Positions 19,272-21,842 of a DNA stretch of 21,842 bases are shown in pieces. Source of the stretch: an uncultured Janthinobacterium sp. (lineage in GTDB: Bacteria; Vulcanimicrobiota; Vulcanimicrobiia; Vulcanimicrobiales; Vulcanimicrobiaceae); assembly GCA_964658025.1 (NCBI GenBank), contig CAZZXB010000036.1, positions 977-22,818 on the forward strand, given 5' to 3'. Both the position numbers and the translations under genes were made by a program. The notes under the pieces were generated by a model, which saw only the letters and a program-made list of their open reading frames with translations, was not told the DNA's origin and searched no databases. The stretch's first letter is position 1; each line of letters starts with the position of its first letter.

Positions 19272-20163
19272 CGTCCGGCCGCGTCCGACGGAGGACGTCG
19301 CGGACGCACGAGCGCGTTTCGCCGAGATCCTCGCAGCCGATCCGCCCGGCGTCTCGCCCGCGTCGCGCGCCGCGCTCCACGCACCGCGCCACCGCGCCGA
19401 ACTCGGCGTCGTGTTACTTCACGGCTTGACCAACGCGCCGCCGCAGTGGGCGCCCTTCGCCGCGGAACTCGCGGCGTCGGGGATCGCGGTGGTCGTCCCG
19501 CGCTTTCCCGGACACGGATACGTCGATCGCGAGACGCACGCCGCCGCGAAGGTGAGCGCCGATGCGTTACTGGGCTGCGCCTCGGACGCGATCGACGTCG
19601 CGTGCGGGCTCGCGACGCGCGTCGTCGTCGCCGGACTCTCGATCGGCGGAGCCATCGCCGCGTGGCTCGCGCTCGAACGCGCGGACGTCGTGCGGACCGT
19701 CGCGATCGTGCCGTTCTTCGGCGTGAGAGGACTCGGGATCGTCGGGAGTCGCGCGCTCGCGAACGTGCTCTCCGTCATGCCGAATCTGTTCGTCCCGTGG
19801 GATCCCGCGGGCGGCGCGGGACAGATCCCCGCGTACGGATATCCGAAGTTTCCGACGCGTCTCCTCGCCGAAAACCTGCACGTCGGCGACGACGTCGTGC
19901 GGCGCTCGCGCGCGAACGAGCGACCGAACGCGACGGTCCGTTTTCTCCTCAACGCGCGCGAACCGGCGTGCGACAATTCCATCGCGATCGATCTCGCGCG
20001 GACGTGGCGCGCGACGGACGACGATCTCGCATCGCTCGAGATCCTGACGTCGCTTCCGAGCAACCACGACATCATCGATCCGACGAACGCCGCGGAACGC
20101 GTCGATCGCGTCTACCCGACGCTGCGTCGCCTGATCCTCGGCGAGGACCAGGCGTCCGGTTAG
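19258..20163 (+). CDS. alpha/beta hydrolase (carboxylesterase/lipase-like), paralog 2
   Basis: LLHGLTNAP, PRFPGHG, GLSIGG, LNARE, NHDII; TTG start overlaps the end of paralog 1. Confidence 0.85.
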   Translation: MSIRSVRPRPTEDVADARARFAEILAADPPGVSPASRAALHAPRHRAELGVVLLHGLTNAPPQWAPFAAELAASGIAVVVPRFPGHGYVDRETHAAAKVSADALLGCASDAIDVACGLATRVVVAGLSIGGAIAAWLALERADVVRTVAIVPFFGVRGLGIVGSRALANVLSVMPNLFVPWDPAGGAGQIPAYGYPKFPTRLLAENLHVGDDVVRRSRANERPNATVRFLLNAREPACDNSIAIDLARTWRATDDDLASLEILTSLPSNHDIIDPTNAAERVDRVYPTLRRLILGEDQASG

Positions 20164-20369
20164 AAGTGTTCGTCTTCGGCGGGATTGTTCTGATCGGCAC
20201 GATCGTCCGCGTTCGGATTGATCGAGTCGTCGCCGTACACGATCATCCCCGGAACGATCCCCGCAACCTTCGCTTCCTCGTGCGAGAGCGGCCGGGCATC
20301 GTCGGCTTGCGTGTGGAGTTCGCCCGGATCGTCTTGGTCGGCTTCGGGGCGTGCTGGACGTTCGCTCAT
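20160..20369 (-). CDS. small acidic protein (69 aa), unknown function
   Basis: MSERPARPEADQDDPGEL...EDEHF; ATG overlaps the STAS gene stop (ATGA); about a quarter Asp/Glu. Confidence 0.65.
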   Translation of the reverse strand: MSERPARPEADQDDPGELHTQADDARPLSHEEAKVAGIVPGMIVYGDDSINPNADDRADQNNPAEDEHF

Positions 20370-20719
20370 GCGATCAACGCTTTCTTCGAGACGAGGATGA
20401 CGGCTTCGCTCACGGTCGCCACGAGGTGCATGTGATCGCCGAGCCCGGTAACGTCGAAAACGCGCCGGATGTGCGACGGTTGCGGCACGACCACGGCGAA
20501 CTTCGAACCGAAGCGTCGCGCGAAGCGCACGAGCGCGCCGATCCCGGTGCTGTCGACGAAACGACACGACGCGAGCGAGATAACGAGCGCGTCGCTATCG
20601 GCGACGGCTTCGCGGATGTAGCGTTCGACGACGGGCGTCGACGCGAGATCGAGGTCGTTTCCGACGGTCGCGACGCTCGCATCGCCGACGCGTTCGATCT
20701 GGATGAGCGTATCGTACAC
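20366..20719 (-). CDS. STAS-domain anti-sigma factor antagonist (RsbV/SpoIIAA-like)
   Basis: GNDLDLAS, ISLASCRFVDSTGIGAL (phospho-acceptor Ser in DSTG), IRRVFDVTGL; GGAG RBS before the GTG. Confidence 0.9.
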   Translation of the reverse strand: MYDTLIQIERVGDASVATVGNDLDLASTPVVERYIREAVADSDALVISLASCRFVDSTGIGALVRFARRFGSKFAVVVPQPSHIRRVFDVTGLGDHMHLVATVSEAVILVSKKALIA

Positions 20720-20748
20720 GGGAGACTCCGGAAGTGAACCCGTCGTTT

Positions 20749-20773
20749 ATGCCCGCGTATCGCACGACGTAAC
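20749..20773 (-). promoter_or_regulatory. SigB/SigF-type alternative sigma promoter for the STAS gene
   Basis: Minus strand GTTA-N15-GGGCAT, close to the GTTT-N14-17-GGGTA(T) consensus. Confidence 0.55.
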
Positions 20774-20781
20774 GCGACGCG

Positions 20782-20961
20782 CTACGGCGTCGTCGTGGCT
20801 ATCGGGCTCGCGACGGGTCCGCCGTTGGGCTCGGCCGAGTTCGTCTGTCGTCCGGCGATCGAACCGTACACGAGCGCGCCGATCACGAGCAGTCCGAGCA
20901 AGATCGCCACGGGGACGAGCGGGGCGCGACGGGCGGGCGGTTTTTCACTCGGGTCCTTCAT
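20782..20961 (-). CDS. small single-pass membrane protein (59 aa)
   Basis: MKDPSEKPPARRAPLVPVAILLGLLVIGALVYGSIAGRQTNSAEPNGGPVASPIATTTP; AGGA upstream; one clear TM helix. Confidence 0.65.
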   Translation of the reverse strand: MKDPSEKPPARRAPLVPVAILLGLLVIGALVYGSIAGRQTNSAEPNGGPVASPIATTTP

Positions 20962-21051
20962 GACGCGGTTCCTATCCGACGCCGACGCGCGGCACCTGCT
21001 TCGTTCGATCCCGCGCCGTCGTTCGGTGCGTCGTTTGGGAACGAAGCGCAG

Positions 21052-21213
21052 ATGACCGACGAAAAACGACCCGATCCGACTCCGAGCGCGGACGACGCCC
21101 ACGAAAACAAAGCGGCGGGCGACGACGCGATGCAAGACGACCTCACCGGGCCGCGCGATGCCGATCCCGTCAAGCGCGCCGACACCTCGGACACGATCGC
21201 GATGGATCCGTAA
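21052..21213 (+). CDS. small acidic hydrophilic protein (53 aa), absent from ORF track
   Basis: MTDEKRPDPTPSADDAHENKAAGDDAMQDDLTGPRDADPVKRADTSDTIAMDP*; 15/53 residues Asp/Glu; mostly G/C third positions; GGGAAC 9 nt upstream of the ATG. Confidence 0.65.
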   Translation: MTDEKRPDPTPSADDAHENKAAGDDAMQDDLTGPRDADPVKRADTSDTIAMDP

Positions 21214-21289
21214 GCGTCCTCGGGCGTAGCCGTCGGCGCCGACCGTCGCGATGGAGACGGTACGCACCGCATCGCCTCGGAGGATCCGT

Positions 21290-21842
21290 ATGGCTTCGAT
21301 CGTTTCCTATCCGCCGCTTTCGCCGCTCGGCGTCGCGAGCGCATCCGATCTCTCGTCGCTCTCGTTCGCCGACGCTCCGGCATCCGCCGGCCCGGGGGTC
21401 GCTCGGGCCCGGGGCGGCGACTCGCTCGCGTCGCTCGCCGCTTCGCCCGCGCCGGTCGCTCCGAGCGCGACGTCGGGCGCGGATTCCGGCGGCGACGGCG
21501 CGGGCTTGGGATCGTTCGGGAGCATCATCGCGGGCCTGCTCGGAACGATCGAGAAGCTGCTCGCGGGTCTCGGCGGCGGCTTCTCGCTCCCGGGCGCGAC
21601 CGCGACGGCCGCGACCGCGCGCACCTCGTTCGCCGACGTCACGGCGTCCTCGCTCGGCGATCCGCACGAGTCGCTCTCCGGAAACGCAACCGACGGGACC
21701 GCGGTCGGCAAGAAGTGGGATAGCATGACGTCGCACGCGGACCTGCTCGATTCGGATTCGTTCGCCGGAACGTACCGCGAGTCGACGGTCGCGACGGCGC
21801 CGAACGCGCGCGGCGTCGCCTACAACGCAAGCGCGACGGTCG
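21290..21842 (+). CDS. Gly/Ser/Ala-rich protein with a GDPH-motif domain (partial, runs off window), absent from ORF track
   Basis: GGAGG (21279-21283) then ATG 21290; frame open for 184 codons to the window end: MASIVSYPPLSP...GSIIAGLLGTIEKLLAGLGGG...SSLGDPHESLSG...WDSMTSHADLLDSDSFAG... Confidence 0.8.
   Translation, partial: MASIVSYPPLSPLGVASASDLSSLSFADAPASAGPGVARARGGDSLASLAASPAPVAPSATSGADSGGDGAGLGSFGSIIAGLLGTIEKLLAGLGGGFSLPGATATAATARTSFADVTASSLGDPHESLSGNATDGTAVGKKWDSMTSHADLLDSDSFAGTYRESTVATAPNARGVAYNASATV

Noticed and set aside
20969..21312. TTCCTATCCG repeated at 20969-20978 and 21303-21312
   Set aside because: The second copy lies in coding sequence of the GDPH protein; two 10-mers are insufficient evidence of function.
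21170..21830. Minus-strand ORFs 21170-21736, 21307-21726 and 21639-21830
   Set aside because: Antisense to the plus-strand ORF from 21290, which has a strong RBS and a recognisable motif.

Overview
High-GC bacterial chromosome segment with no mobile element, CRISPR array, rRNA or tRNA recognisable. The beta' is of the Terrabacteria type (unsplit, no SI3, no actinobacterial insert); an Eremiobacterota/Vulcanimicrobiota-like origin is my impression only. In order, the window holds: the 3' end of a LuxR-type regulator; a stand-alone rpoC with no rpoB upstream and no rpsL downstream, its own sigma70 promoter, a ~200-nt structured leader and a strong terminator; an acyltransferase-3; a TonB-like Pro-rich protein; a TetR/SDR/esterase lipid cluster; a secreted protein and a beta-propeller protein; an RsbW-like kinase; and cydAB. 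Next comes a five-gene translationally coupled operon (cruG-like GT2, cruF-like carotenoid hydratase, atypical acyltransferase, Tag-like glycosylase, class II aldolase) set head-to-head with two paralogous esterases. The end carries a STAS anti-anti-sigma gene among small acidic and membrane ORFs with SigB/SigF-like promoters, and a truncated Gly/Ser-rich GDPH-motif protein. The best candidates for novelty are the carotenoid acyl-glycoside synthesis/de-acylation locus, the orphan rpoC with its leader, the small-protein stress module and the GDPH protein. All calls come from motif reading by eye; no searches were run.
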